A stretch of DNA of 46,959 bases from Desulfurellaceae bacterium (GTDB taxonomy: Bacteria; Campylobacterota_A; Desulfurellia; JAGGSF01): the NCBI GenBank assembly GCA_023128455.1, contig JAGMDW010000132.1, positions 1 through 46,959 on the forward strand. Direction: 5' to 3'. The notes below the pieces were generated by a model. The model ran no database searches, was not told the origin of the DNA, and worked only from the letters and a program-made list of their open reading frames with translations. The number at the start of each line of letters is the position of its first letter. Positions within the stretch are counted from its first letter, which is position 1. The translations under genes and the position numbers were made by a program. Below are positions 22,021 to 31,476 of the stretch, in pieces.

Positions 22021-22790
22021 TATCTCACCTCCGAATCAATACCAACATAGGCGACCTTCGCTTCACAACCCAGATCTGGTTTTAATGTAATAATCTTGTG
22101 CTCTTCAATGAATTTGTTTATTTCGCTATTTTCATCTTTTAGGTCACCGAATATTCTTGCCCCCACCGGACATGCTAAAACACAAGCCGGCTCCAATCCT
22201 TTGGTAATACGATGGTAACACCAGGTGCATTTATCCGCACATCCTGCTTCATCGTTCATATACCTTGCACCAAAAGGGCAAGCTGAAATACAGTATCTAC
22301 AACCAATGCAGTAATCATTATCTACTAAAACTACGCCATCTTTGGTTTGATATGTCGCTCCTACCGGACATACCTGGACACAAGGAGGAACTGCGCACTG
22401 ATTACAAAGCTTAGGCACGAAGAAAGCTTTTAAAACCTCTTCTTTCTTGTATTTGTCCGGAAAACTATTATATCCTCCATTTGGTGAATCAACCTTAGGT
22501 TTTTCTTCACCTTTAAGATGTGCATATCTTTCTACCCAACACCGAAAATGATATGGATCTTTTGGAACATCATTTTCCTCTTTACATGCTCTCACACACG
22601 ACCCACACCCTATACACTTTGTAGAATCTATACCAAAACCCCAATAGTGCTTATTCCAATCGTATCCGTTTAACCAATCCTTTTCTTCTTTTGCATTTAC
22701 AGGAGAAGGTTTCAATACAGTGAGATAAACACCAGCGGCTAAAGTAACTGTTCCTGTTGCTTTTATAAAATCTCGTCTTTTCATTTTCAC
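22020..22790 (-). CDS. TAT-exported 4x[4Fe-4S] protein (NrfC/PsrB/TtrB family)
   Basis: RRDFIK twin-arginine signal; CIGCGSCVRAC, CNQC...CVQVCP, CIGCRYCISACP and CTWC...CVLACP motifs. Confidence 0.95.
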   Translation of the reverse strand: MKMKRRDFIKATGTVTLAAGVYLTVLKPSPVNAKEEKDWLNGYDWNKHYWGFGIDSTKCIGCGSCVRACKEENDVPKDPYHFRCWVERYAHLKGEEKPKVDSPNGGYNSFPDKYKKEEVLKAFFVPKLCNQCAVPPCVQVCPVGATYQTKDGVVLVDNDYCIGCRYCISACPFGARYMNDEAGCADKCTWCYHRITKGLEPACVLACPVGARIFGDLKDENSEINKFIEEHKIITLKPDLGCEAKVAYVGIDSEVR

Positions 22791-22794
22791 CTCC

Positions 22795-23271
22795 TCATTT
22801 ATAATACGCAGGTTTATGAGTGTTTGTATGACAGATTGTGCATGTCATGCCGGGAAAATGTGCATTTTCACCCTTTAATGTTATTTGTGGCATATCCTTC
22901 GGCTTTGAAGGCAACATTTCATGACAGTACATACACTGTTTGGTTACATCTGGCGGTATCTTGCAACCGTGAGAAAGAATAACGCCTTCCTTGGGACGAG
23001 CTACTCCAAGCCCATGACAGGCTCCACACTGCAAATCCCTATGAGCGCTTGATGGCTCAGTAGAACACAAATCATTGTATTCCTGCTCGTGACAGGTTTG
23101 ACAGGTTTCCTTTCCTATGAATTTTGTTTCCTTCGATAGTTGTTTGGATAGGTTAGCTGCCCTATAGTGTCCATACACATTAAAACTTGGTGGTTCGGTA
23201 GCATATTTTACTACTATATAAGCTACAACGCAGATAAGTGCAATCAAAAGGAGCCTTCCTGTAAAGCTCAT
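22795..23271 (-). CDS. Membrane-anchored tetraheme cytochrome c
   Basis: N-terminal TM; four CxxCH motifs (CQTCH, CGACH, CMYCH, CTICH); SD GGAGG. Confidence 0.92.
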   Translation of the reverse strand: MSFTGRLLLIALICVVAYIVVKYATEPPSFNVYGHYRAANLSKQLSKETKFIGKETCQTCHEQEYNDLCSTEPSSAHRDLQCGACHGLGVARPKEGVILSHGCKIPPDVTKQCMYCHEMLPSKPKDMPQITLKGENAHFPGMTCTICHTNTHKPAYYK

Positions 23272-23301
23272 TCTAACCTCCTTCCTTATAAAATTAGATA
23301 C

Positions 23302-23330
23302 AGTATAGACAAAATATCAATACTTGTAAA
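23302..23330 (-). promoter_or_regulatory. Sigma70-type promoter of the cytochrome operon
   Basis: TTTACA-N17-TATACT, 30 nt upstream of the start codon. Confidence 0.65.
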
Positions 23331-23336
23331 CAAAAA

Positions 23337-24023
23337 TTAAACCCATTTTTTTAGCTTTTGTTTTGCCTTTTTCACCTCCTCTTCATTTATTGAACTTATT
23401 TTTACAAAAACATTGCCATTTCTACCATAAGAACCAACCCTCACATTATATCTTTTTAGAGTTTCTTTAATAGCAAATATAATTTGCGATTCTTTTTTTT
23501 CTGTCTTCAACCACTCTGTATATATCTTTTCCCCTTGAAAACATCCTTTTATCTTTTCAAACATAGCTTTCATCTCTTTGGGCACGCCAGGCAAAACAAA
23601 TATTCTATCTTCAACGATAAAGCCAGGAGCTACACCCACATCATTTTCTATGAGACTGCACCCCTCAGGTAAATCTGCCATTTTTAGCACATTTTCTATT
23701 CTTGCCTTTTCTTTTATGCCCTTTTCTCTTATTTTTTCTTTTATTGTTTGTTCGGCGATTTTGTCTCTTACAATCTTTTTATTCAAGGCCTGCGCTACGG
23801 CTTCTCTGGTCTTATCATCAGGAGTAGGACCCAATCCACCGGTTATAATAATCTTGCCTCGGTAATTTTGAATTTCATCGGCAACTATAGAAACATCATC
23901 AGGTAAGGTAACAATCTTTTCCGGAATACTGCCTAAATCTGTCAATTTCTTTGCCAGATAGGTAGCATTCGTGTTTTCTATATCTCCGGCCAAAAGCTCA
24001 TCGCCGATACACATTATCACCAT
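23337..24023 (-). CDS. CinA N-terminal (MocF/molybdopterin-binding-like, COG1058) protein without a PncC domain
   Basis: IGDELLAGDIENTNA, TGGLGPTPDD.T, APG and LPGVP.EM motifs; only 228 aa. Confidence 0.85.
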   Translation of the reverse strand: MVIMCIGDELLAGDIENTNATYLAKKLTDLGSIPEKIVTLPDDVSIVADEIQNYRGKIIITGGLGPTPDDKTREAVAQALNKKIVRDKIAEQTIKEKIREKGIKEKARIENVLKMADLPEGCSLIENDVGVAPGFIVEDRIFVLPGVPKEMKAMFEKIKGCFQGEKIYTEWLKTEKKESQIIFAIKETLKRYNVRVGSYGRNGNVFVKISSINEEEVKKAKQKLKKWV

Positions 24024-24546
24024 CTCTCCTGCCTTTCAGAAATATGTTCTTATTCTCCTCTATAGATTTTGTAAAAACCTTTCCAATTGAAGATAACCAT
24101 ATATTTTCCTCAAATGGCAATAGAGGAGAAACAAAACCCGTCATATATGTATTTAAAAAATACATATTTTTGATATTTGTGCAATCAACAATTGTAAACC
24201 CTTTTTTCTGTAAATCTTGCTCTATATCTTCCGGATAATTAGAATCTGCTAATTTTATCTTCATATTTGACGATATAGCAATACCCTCTTTTTTTAAATA
24301 TTTTAAGTATCTTAAGGCTTCTAACATCTCAAAGGAAAGAAGAATGTCGCTTTTACCCATTGGCACTGTTGGTGAATATACCTTATGTGAAAATCTCACG
24401 AAGGTGATTACACTGCCTCCTCTCTGTGCCATACCGTGAACTTCAGACTTTTTTACATCAAAATTAGATAACATTGCGCAAATAGAGATAAGTTCGCCTG
24501 TTTTTAGGATTCCCTGTCCTCCCACACCACAGATTACGACATTCAT
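23998..24546 (-). CDS. iorB: Indolepyruvate:ferredoxin oxidoreductase beta subunit
   Basis: GVGGQG and SEVHGMAQRGGSV motifs; start moved to MNVVIC (ATGA overlap with the iorA stop). Confidence 0.92.
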   Translation of the reverse strand: MNVVICGVGGQGILKTGELISICAMLSNFDVKKSEVHGMAQRGGSVITFVRFSHKVYSPTVPMGKSDILLSFEMLEALRYLKYLKKEGIAISSNMKIKLADSNYPEDIEQDLQKKGFTIVDCTNIKNMYFLNTYMTGFVSPLLPFEENIWLSSIGKVFTKSIEENKNIFLKGRRDGDNVYRR

Positions 24547-26228
24547 TCTATCGCTCCAAATGGACAGACTTGTTTGCATAAGTTACATCCATTGCAGAGA
24601 GAAGAAATAATATCCATTTTATCTCCCTTTTTTTGTATGGCTGGACACCCCAACGAAAGACATACATTACACCCCGTGCATTTCTCAGCATTGACATGTA
24701 ATGATTCTTTTTTTTCTACTATCAATGCACAAGGAGCACGGGCAATGATAACCGAGATATCATTTCTTTCAATTTCTTCTGAAGTAGTTTTTTTTAATTC
24801 TTTTAGATCAAAAGGGTTAACAATTCTTATATGCTCTACCCCACAGGCTTCTACTATGTCCTCTATGGGAATTTTCTGGGTTTCTCTTCCCTTTGCATCT
24901 TTTCCTGTTCCCGGATGTGGTTGATGTCCAGTCATTGCAGTGGTCATATTATCCAGGATAATGATGGTATCCGTTCCCTTATTGTAAACGCTATTTAAAA
25001 CACCAGTAATACCGGAGTGATAAAAGGTAGAATCACCAATTACAGCCACCGCTTTTTTGTCGTTTAATTTAGAAAAGGCATGAAGAGCATTTATTCCCGC
25101 TCCCATGCATAGAATAAAATCCATACTATCCAACGGCGGAAGCACTGCTAAACTATAACATCCTATATCTCCCAAAACCGTAAGCTTTAATTTATGTAAA
25201 ATATAAAATATGCCCCTATGCGGACACCCAGGACAGAGAACAGGAGGCCGAGCAGGCACATCTATACTTTTGGGAATTTCTTCATTTAATATTTCTTTCT
25301 TTAATCTTTCTACATTCATCTCAAATGAGCCAGATATAGTTTGGACATTTAACCCCATTGCTTTTATCTGTTCTCCTATAAATGGATCTACCTCTTCTAC
25401 AACATACACCTTATCTACGGAACGACAGAACTGTTCTATTTTTTTTCGGGGTAGAGGAAAAGACATTGTAATCTTTAAGATAGATGCATCTTCAAATGCC
25501 TCCCTGGCATAATTATAAGACACACCACAGGTAATAATTCCCAATTTTTTTGACCTCATCTCTGTTTTGTTGTAAGAAAAATTATCTGAAAAATCTCTTA
25601 ATTTATCTAATCTCTCCATCATTCTTATCTTCATTTTCCTGGCGTAGGCAGGTATAGCTGCATACTTTTGTGAGTCTTTTTTATATAATTTTTTAAATTC
25701 TGTGCGTTTGCCTTTAAGATTCACAACACATTTAGAATGAGATAATCTAGTTGTAATCCTTAAAAGAATGGGAGTATCAAATTCTTCCGATAGATCAAAT
25801 AATAATTTTGTGAGTTCGTATGCTTCCTGGCTGTCAGATGGTTCAAACAGTGGTATTTTTGCAGATAGAGCATACCAACGGTTGTCCTGTTCGTTTTGCG
25901 AGGAATGCATATTGGGATCATCTGCTGAAACTATTACTAACCCTCCATTTACACCAGTATAAGAAAGTGTCATTAGGGGATCCGCTGCAACATTCAGTCC
26001 CACATGCTTACTGGTATAAAGAGACCTGACACCGGAAAGAGAAGCGCCTATTACACATTCCAACGCCACTTTCTCATTGACTGCCCATTCTGTTTCTATC
26101 TCTTTAAATGTAGAAAGTGTTTCTAATATCTCTGTGGATGGTGTGCCGGGATAAGATGAGGCATATCTTATGCCTGCTTCATAACTACCGTATGCAATAG
26201 ATTCATTACCAGATAAGAAACTGCGCAT
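24543..26228 (-). CDS. iorA: Indolepyruvate:ferredoxin oxidoreductase alpha subunit
   Basis: YPGTPSTE, KHVGLNVAAD, SSQNEQD, CPGCPH, GDIGCY, GDSTF motifs and two C-terminal [4Fe-4S] motifs. Confidence 0.95.
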   Translation of the reverse strand: MRSFLSGNESIAYGSYEAGIRYASSYPGTPSTEILETLSTFKEIETEWAVNEKVALECVIGASLSGVRSLYTSKHVGLNVAADPLMTLSYTGVNGGLVIVSADDPNMHSSQNEQDNRWYALSAKIPLFEPSDSQEAYELTKLLFDLSEEFDTPILLRITTRLSHSKCVVNLKGKRTEFKKLYKKDSQKYAAIPAYARKMKIRMMERLDKLRDFSDNFSYNKTEMRSKKLGIITCGVSYNYAREAFEDASILKITMSFPLPRKKIEQFCRSVDKVYVVEEVDPFIGEQIKAMGLNVQTISGSFEMNVERLKKEILNEEIPKSIDVPARPPVLCPGCPHRGIFYILHKLKLTVLGDIGCYSLAVLPPLDSMDFILCMGAGINALHAFSKLNDKKAVAVIGDSTFYHSGITGVLNSVYNKGTDTIIILDNMTTAMTGHQPHPGTGKDAKGRETQKIPIEDIVEACGVEHIRIVNPFDLKELKKTTSEEIERNDISVIIARAPCALIVEKKESLHVNAEKCTGCNVCLSLGCPAIQKKGDKMDIISSLCNGCNLCKQVCPFGAIE

Positions 26229-26236
26229 CTTTGCTC

Positions 26237-26264
26237 ATGGTAGCTTTTCTCATAAAAAAGTCAA
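26237..26264 (-). promoter_or_regulatory. Sigma70-type promoter of iorAB (likely leaderless)
   Basis: TTGACT-N16-TACCAT, then 8 nt to the ATG; no SD. Confidence 0.6.
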
Positions 26265-27301
26265 TTGTCTTTTTCTTCTAAAAATTTAATGATGCCCTCT
26301 GAGATGCCTTCAGCAATACATCTCCTGTATTTTTTTCTTGAAAGGAGTTGCGCATCTGAGGGATTTGTCACAAACAACGTTTCCACCAATATACTGGGCA
26401 TACGGGCATCCACTAAAACATAGAAAGGAGCTTGTTTTACACCGATGTTTTGAGATGCACCATGCAATTCTCTGACAATATCTTTCTGCACATAATAAGC
26501 AAGTTTTTTTGATATATTGAGCTTTGCACTTTGTATTAAAGAAAGTATTATCTTGTTTATATCACCCATCTTTTCGACGGGCACATTATTTTCGCGGGCT
26601 GCAATCTGTATTGCCCTCTTATCGGATGTTGCATTCAATATCCAGGTAGATGTACCTCTCACCTTTTTATTATTCCAAGCATTACAATGAATAGAGACAA
26701 ACACATCTGCGCCTTTCTCATTGGCAATGTGCGCCCTTTTGGAAAGTGGGATAAAAACATCTGTTTTTCGGGTAAGGTATACATTTACGCCTCTCCTGGA
26801 AAGTTTCTTCTTTACTTCCTTTGCAATCTTTAAAACAATATCCTTTTCCCTTATCCCCTTAATTCCTATCGCTCCGGGATCTTTTCCTCCATGTCCAGGA
26901 TCAACAACTACTGTGTATTTTTTTGTTTTTTTCGGAGAAATAACAATTATTTGCCGAAACCTCCGCTTGGCAAACTTTGTCACCCAATTCTCCGGATAAT
27001 CTTTGATTAAGAGGTTTAAGGCTTTTATCCTTTCACTCTTATAATATGACAGTTTGTACCTCTTATACAAATTATTAAAGATGCATGCTCTTCTATAGAC
27101 AGATATAGGTGCATATTTGGTTTTTGAATAATTTTCATATAGATATTTGTATTCATTAGCTACCTTTAAGAGTTCTTCCTTGTTAAAATTGTATGTATAA
27201 TATGTTTCTCTATAGGATGCACTTTCATAGAGCGATTCTGCCCCTCTGTAGGTGAACGAAATACACAAGATGACGAGAAAGAGAAATAATATTTTCTTCA
27301 T
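26261..27301 (-). CDS. N-acetylmuramoyl-L-alanine amidase (Amidase_3) with N-terminal helical/TPR-like domain
   Basis: DPGHGGKDPGA, EK, SIHCN, AAREN helix, APFYVL and LVE motifs; signal peptide. Confidence 0.92.
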   Translation of the reverse strand: MKKILFLFLVILCISFTYRGAESLYESASYRETYYTYNFNKEELLKVANEYKYLYENYSKTKYAPISVYRRACIFNNLYKRYKLSYYKSERIKALNLLIKDYPENWVTKFAKRRFRQIIVISPKKTKKYTVVVDPGHGGKDPGAIGIKGIREKDIVLKIAKEVKKKLSRRGVNVYLTRKTDVFIPLSKRAHIANEKGADVFVSIHCNAWNNKKVRGTSTWILNATSDKRAIQIAARENNVPVEKMGDINKIILSLIQSAKLNISKKLAYYVQKDIVRELHGASQNIGVKQAPFYVLVDARMPSILVETLFVTNPSDAQLLSRKKYRRCIAEGISEGIIKFLEEKDN

Positions 27302-27307
27302 AATAGA

Positions 27308-27339
27308 TTGAATTATATTTTATTTTTATTATCTTTCAA
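27308..27339. promoter_or_regulatory. Overlapping divergent promoters for the amidase gene and the ruvX operon
   Basis: Minus: TTGAAA-N16-TATAAT-N10-ATG; plus: TTGAAT-N16-TATCTT-N9-ATG; 43-bp spacer with no SD on either side. Confidence 0.55.
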
Positions 27340-27344
27340 ATGTA

Positions 27345-27752
27345 ATGAGGATGCTGGGCATAGATTACGGAGATAAAAGAGTAGGTATTGCGGTAAGTGA
27401 TTCTATGAATATAATAGCTACGGGTTTTGAAATCTGGAAAAACGAGAAGGGTTTATATAAAAAGATTGAAACGATGGTAAAGGAATATGATGTGGGGACG
27501 GTTGTTGTGGGTATGCCCATTAATATGGATGGCACTAGGGGCTATCGAGCAGAAATTACCTCAGCATTTGTAGAGAAATTAAAAAAAATCCTGAGAGGAA
27601 TAAAGATAACAACCTGGGATGAAAGACTTTCCACGAGTTTTTCTCTAAAAATTCTATCTGAAGCATCAGTTAAGGGAAGAAAGAAAAAAAAGACTGTCGA
27701 TAAAATAGCAGCTGCATTTATACTCCAGGGCTTTTTAGATTCTATCAAATGA
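27345..27752 (+). CDS. ruvX: YqgF/RuvX pre-16S rRNA maturation nuclease
   Basis: GIDYGDKRVGIAVSD, VGMP, DERLST and DKIAAAFILQ motifs. Confidence 0.95.
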   Translation: MRMLGIDYGDKRVGIAVSDSMNIIATGFEIWKNEKGLYKKIETMVKEYDVGTVVVGMPINMDGTRGYRAEITSAFVEKLKKILRGIKITTWDERLSTSFSLKILSEASVKGRKKKKTVDKIAAAFILQGFLDSIK

Positions 27753-28753
27753 AGATAAATGTAAAGAAACTATTAATCGCAAACTTTATTTTATATGCCC
27801 TAATCTTAGCAATAATAATCTGTATCTTTATTTCCTTTAATCATTATCTGCATTCCCCTGCATCTTTAAAAGAGGAGGTAAAGTATGTGTCTATAGATAA
27901 AGGAGAAGAAATAAAAGATATCATAAGAAAATTGCATAAAGAAAAAATTATAAAAAAGGCAGACTGGTTTTACTATTATGTCATTTTGAGTGGTATATCT
28001 AAAAAGATAAAAGCAGGGATGCATAAGTTTTCCACACATTTAACCCCTAAACAAGTAGGAATGGAGCTTGTATCTTCTAAAGTTCCTGTCATAAAGGTAA
28101 CCATACCTGAAGGTTATACCATAAAACAGATTGCTCAGGTTTTAGACAGCTCTCATATAATAAAAAAAGAAAGGTTTTTAGAAACTTGTAATAATAAGGA
28201 ATTTGTCCACAGCCTTTACATAAATGGAACATCTTTAGAAGGATTTCTATTTCCAGATACTTATCTCTTTTATTGTGGGGAGGAGGCAAAGGATATAATT
28301 AGAACAATGGTAAATCAATTCAATGAGGTATACGATGTGATATCCCCATCTAAAAATATAGATAGATACAAAGTTTTAAGGATAGCCTCTATTGTGGAAA
28401 AAGAAACAGCCAAAGATGAGGAAAAACCGATGGTTGCTGCCGTTATATATAACAGGGTAAAGAAAGGCATAAAATTGTGCATGGATTCAACGGTAATTTA
28501 CGGATTATCAAACTTTGATGGAAACTTAAAAAAGGAGGACTTGACAAAATCCACACCTTATAACACTTACCTATTTTATGGACTTCCCCCCACTCCTATC
28601 TGCAATCCCGGCAAAAAGTCTCTAATTGCCGCCCTCCATCCTGCAAGTGTGGATTATCTCTACTTTGTTTCTAAAAATGACGGAACACATATATTTTCCA
28701 AAAACTTAAAAGAACATGGAATATGGGTAAACAAATATCAAAAGAAAATCTGA
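27749..28753 (+). CDS. mltG: Endolytic transglycosylase MltG
   Basis: N-terminal TM; TIPEG, LEGFLFPDTY, ASIVEKE, YNTY...GLPPTPI and YLYFV motifs. Confidence 0.95.
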   Translation: MKINVKKLLIANFILYALILAIIICIFISFNHYLHSPASLKEEVKYVSIDKGEEIKDIIRKLHKEKIIKKADWFYYYVILSGISKKIKAGMHKFSTHLTPKQVGMELVSSKVPVIKVTIPEGYTIKQIAQVLDSSHIIKKERFLETCNNKEFVHSLYINGTSLEGFLFPDTYLFYCGEEAKDIIRTMVNQFNEVYDVISPSKNIDRYKVLRIASIVEKETAKDEEKPMVAAVIYNRVKKGIKLCMDSTVIYGLSNFDGNLKKEDLTKSTPYNTYLFYGLPPTPICNPGKKSLIAALHPASVDYLYFVSKNDGTHIFSKNLKEHGIWVNKYQKKI

Positions 28754-30081
28754 AATACTATATAAAAACATTCGGTTGTCAGATGAATGAGCGAGATTCA
28801 GAAAAAATGGCAGCAGCCCTTGAGAATAAAGGCTTTTCACCTTCCCTTCCTCAAGACGCAGACATTCTAATGGTAAATAGCTGTGCAGTGAGAGAAAAGG
28901 CTGAACAGAAGTTATATAGTTTTATCGGTCGTCTCTGTCTCGAGAAAAAGAAGGATGCGAAACTCATTGTTTGCGGCTGTGTTGTTCAATACAAGGGAAA
29001 AGAAATATTGAACAGATTTAAAGATGTAAATGCTGTTTTGAATACGCGGAGAATAGAAGATTTTGAACAGGTTTTAAAAGATGTATTGAATGGGAAAAGA
29101 ATAATGTATATTCCCTCAATAATGCGCAACCCTAACAAAATATTACCCCACTTAAAAAATAGGACAGGTGCCTTTGTGGACATTACCTATGGTTGTAACA
29201 ATTTTTGTTCCTATTGCATTGTTCCTTATACCAGAGGGAAGGAAATCAGTAGGGAGAAAGAATACATCATAAAAGAGATAAGAATGTTAACTCAAGGTGG
29301 GGTTAAAGAGATAACACTGTTGGGGCAAAATGTAAATTCTTACGGAAAAGGACTCTATAAGAATTATAACTTTGTTGATCTTTTATACGATATTAGCAAA
29401 TTTGATGATATACAGAGAATAAGATTTGTTACATCTCATCCTAAGGACTTCTCATGTTCTCTCATCTTAGCAATTAAAGAAATAGATAAGGTTTGCAAAC
29501 ATATTCATTTGCCTGTTCAGAGTGGTTCAAATAGAATATTAGAGTTGATGAGAAGAAAATATACAAGGGAGGAATATATAGAAAAAGCATTGCTCTTTAA
29601 AGAAACAACAAAAGGAAGTATCACCACAGATATCATTATTGGATTTCCTACGGAAACGGATTATGATTTTGAACAAACGATGGATATGCTGAGAAAAATA
29701 CGATTCGATTTCTCCTTTTCCTTTAAATATTCACCAAGACCTTTTACAGCCGCTGCTTCTACGAAGGAAAGAGTGCCGAAGGAAACAAAGGAAAAAAGAT
29801 TAGAGAAATTTCAAAATTTACAGGAAAAAATTACATGGGAAAGCAACTTAAGGGATGTGGGAAAGATATTTAATGTTTTGGTGGAAGGAGATGCTAAAAG
29901 AGGCGCTCTTCTCACAGGCAGAACAACAACAAACAAGATAGTAAATTTTTCAGGAGAGGCAAAAAAAGGAAAAATAGTTAAAGTCGTTATTCAGGAGGCA
30001 AAAAAACATAGTCTGCAGGGAAACATGGAGGACAGTTATGGTAAGTTTGAAAATCAAAGATGTGGATTTTTACGGAGATAA
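28723..30081 (+). CDS. miaB: tRNA-2-methylthio-N6-dimethylallyladenosine synthase
   Basis: TFGCQMN, NSCAVRE, radical-SAM CNNFCSYC, SHPKD motifs and C-terminal TRAM domain. Confidence 0.95.
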   Translation: MGKQISKENLKYYIKTFGCQMNERDSEKMAAALENKGFSPSLPQDADILMVNSCAVREKAEQKLYSFIGRLCLEKKKDAKLIVCGCVVQYKGKEILNRFKDVNAVLNTRRIEDFEQVLKDVLNGKRIMYIPSIMRNPNKILPHLKNRTGAFVDITYGCNNFCSYCIVPYTRGKEISREKEYIIKEIRMLTQGGVKEITLLGQNVNSYGKGLYKNYNFVDLLYDISKFDDIQRIRFVTSHPKDFSCSLILAIKEIDKVCKHIHLPVQSGSNRILELMRRKYTREEYIEKALLFKETTKGSITTDIIIGFPTETDYDFEQTMDMLRKIRFDFSFSFKYSPRPFTAAASTKERVPKETKEKRLEKFQNLQEKITWESNLRDVGKIFNVLVEGDAKRGALLTGRTTTNKIVNFSGEAKKGKIVKVVIQEAKKHSLQGNMEDSYGKFENQRCGFLRR

Positions 30082-30463
30082 AGGAAGCATTGTCTTGGAA
30101 GATAATTCAAGCCAACTTTATGAATTTTCTATAGCAAAAGATAAAGCTTGCATTCTCTCCCTTGTTCTCTTGGGCGTTTATGCTCCGGAAAACAGCTTCT
30201 ATAAGTTGTTAGATAATCTATTTACCAGGGTAAACCTATCGGTAAATGCCGTAATAATAGCCGATACGCGGATAGAGGATAGTCTTGCTCAAATAGAAAT
30301 TGTTGGCAAAAGTTTTTGTGAACGATATTGGTTGAATTTTCCCGATGCGTTGATCATGAGTGCCCTGTATAATGCCCCTATATATAGCAAAAAGGAGTTG
30401 AAAGGAGTATATATAGAAAAAAACTGGATGCATTTTGCTGAGGAGATGCTGCACATTTTATGA
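30038..30463 (+). CDS. Diverged bifunctional nuclease (DUF151) family-like protein
   Basis: IVLED and C-terminal PDALIMSALYNAPIY resemble DUF151 'PSDAIALA...PIY'; common position downstream of miaB. Confidence 0.55.
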   Translation: MVSLKIKDVDFYGDKGSIVLEDNSSQLYEFSIAKDKACILSLVLLGVYAPENSFYKLLDNLFTRVNLSVNAVIIADTRIEDSLAQIEIVGKSFCERYWLNFPDALIMSALYNAPIYSKKELKGVYIEKNWMHFAEEMLHIL

Positions 30464-31476
30464 ATATCAGAGAAAAATTAGAGAAGGAAGAGGAAAACAC
30501 ACTTCACAAGAATGCTGCATTTTCTTGTTCTACTAAGGGAAGAAAAAGAAAAGAAACATTGGATGATGTAAGAACAGAGTTTATGAGAGATAGGGATCGT
30601 ATCATCCATTGCAAGGCTTTTCGCAGATTACAGCATAAAACACAGGTTTTTCTCTCTCCTACCAGTGATCACTACCGCACACGCCTAACACACACGCTGG
30701 AGGTTGCTCAAATTGCTAGAACAATTAGTAAAGCATTGTTTTTAAATGAAACGCTTACCGAAGCCATAGCATTAGGACATGATTTGGGACACACTCCGTT
30801 TGGTCACGCCGGCGAAACAGCGTTAAATAAAATAAGTAAAAATGGCTTTAAACACGAAATACAGAGCCTGAGAATAGCAGACATTATAGCAAAGGAGGGC
30901 AATGGATTAAACCTCACCGAAGAGGTAAGAGATGGAATATTAAAGCATTCGAAAGGAAGAGGTAGTATAGTGACTAAAGATATGCCGTACACATTAGAGG
31001 GCCAAATCGTGAGGATTTCAGACTGTATTGCCTATGTGAATCACGATATTGACGATGCCATTCGTGCAGGCATTATTGAAAACAATGACTTACCCAAGCC
31101 GATAACAAATATTTTGGGAAACAGTCATTCAAAAAGAATTGCTACTTTGGTTAAAAGTGTAATCAAAGCAACAGTGGACAATAATTATCACCATATAGAT
31201 ATGGAAAATGAAGTTTTGGAGGCATTGGAAGATTTGAGGAATTTCTTATTTGAAAATGTTTACTTTAACGAAAAAGTATTAAGTGTAGCAAAAAAGGCAG
31301 AAAAGATAATAGAAGAACTCTTTTATTATTTCTTAGAACACGCAGAACAGGTAAAAAAACAGTTTACAAAAGATAGAGAAACAGTAGTTATAGATTATAT
31401 ATCGGGCATGACGGATAGGTTTGCCCTTGAAACCTATAAAGACATATTTTTACCCAAACCGTGGGGGAATAAATGA
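30460..31476 (+). CDS. dgt: dGTP triphosphohydrolase-like HD protein
   Basis: RDRDRI, RRLQHKTQV, RTRLTH, HDLGHTPFGH and DYISGMTD motifs. Confidence 0.93.
   Translation: MNIREKLEKEEENTLHKNAAFSCSTKGRKRKETLDDVRTEFMRDRDRIIHCKAFRRLQHKTQVFLSPTSDHYRTRLTHTLEVAQIARTISKALFLNETLTEAIALGHDLGHTPFGHAGETALNKISKNGFKHEIQSLRIADIIAKEGNGLNLTEEVRDGILKHSKGRGSIVTKDMPYTLEGQIVRISDCIAYVNHDIDDAIRAGIIENNDLPKPITNILGNSHSKRIATLVKSVIKATVDNNYHHIDMENEVLEALEDLRNFLFENVYFNEKVLSVAKKAEKIIEELFYYFLEHAEQVKKQFTKDRETVVIDYISGMTDRFALETYKDIFLPKPWGNK

Noticed and set aside
23306..23320. FNR/CRP-like site TAGAC-N5-ATCAA in the cytochrome promoter
   Set aside because: Wrong spacing and only one good half-site compared with TTGAT-N4-ATCAA
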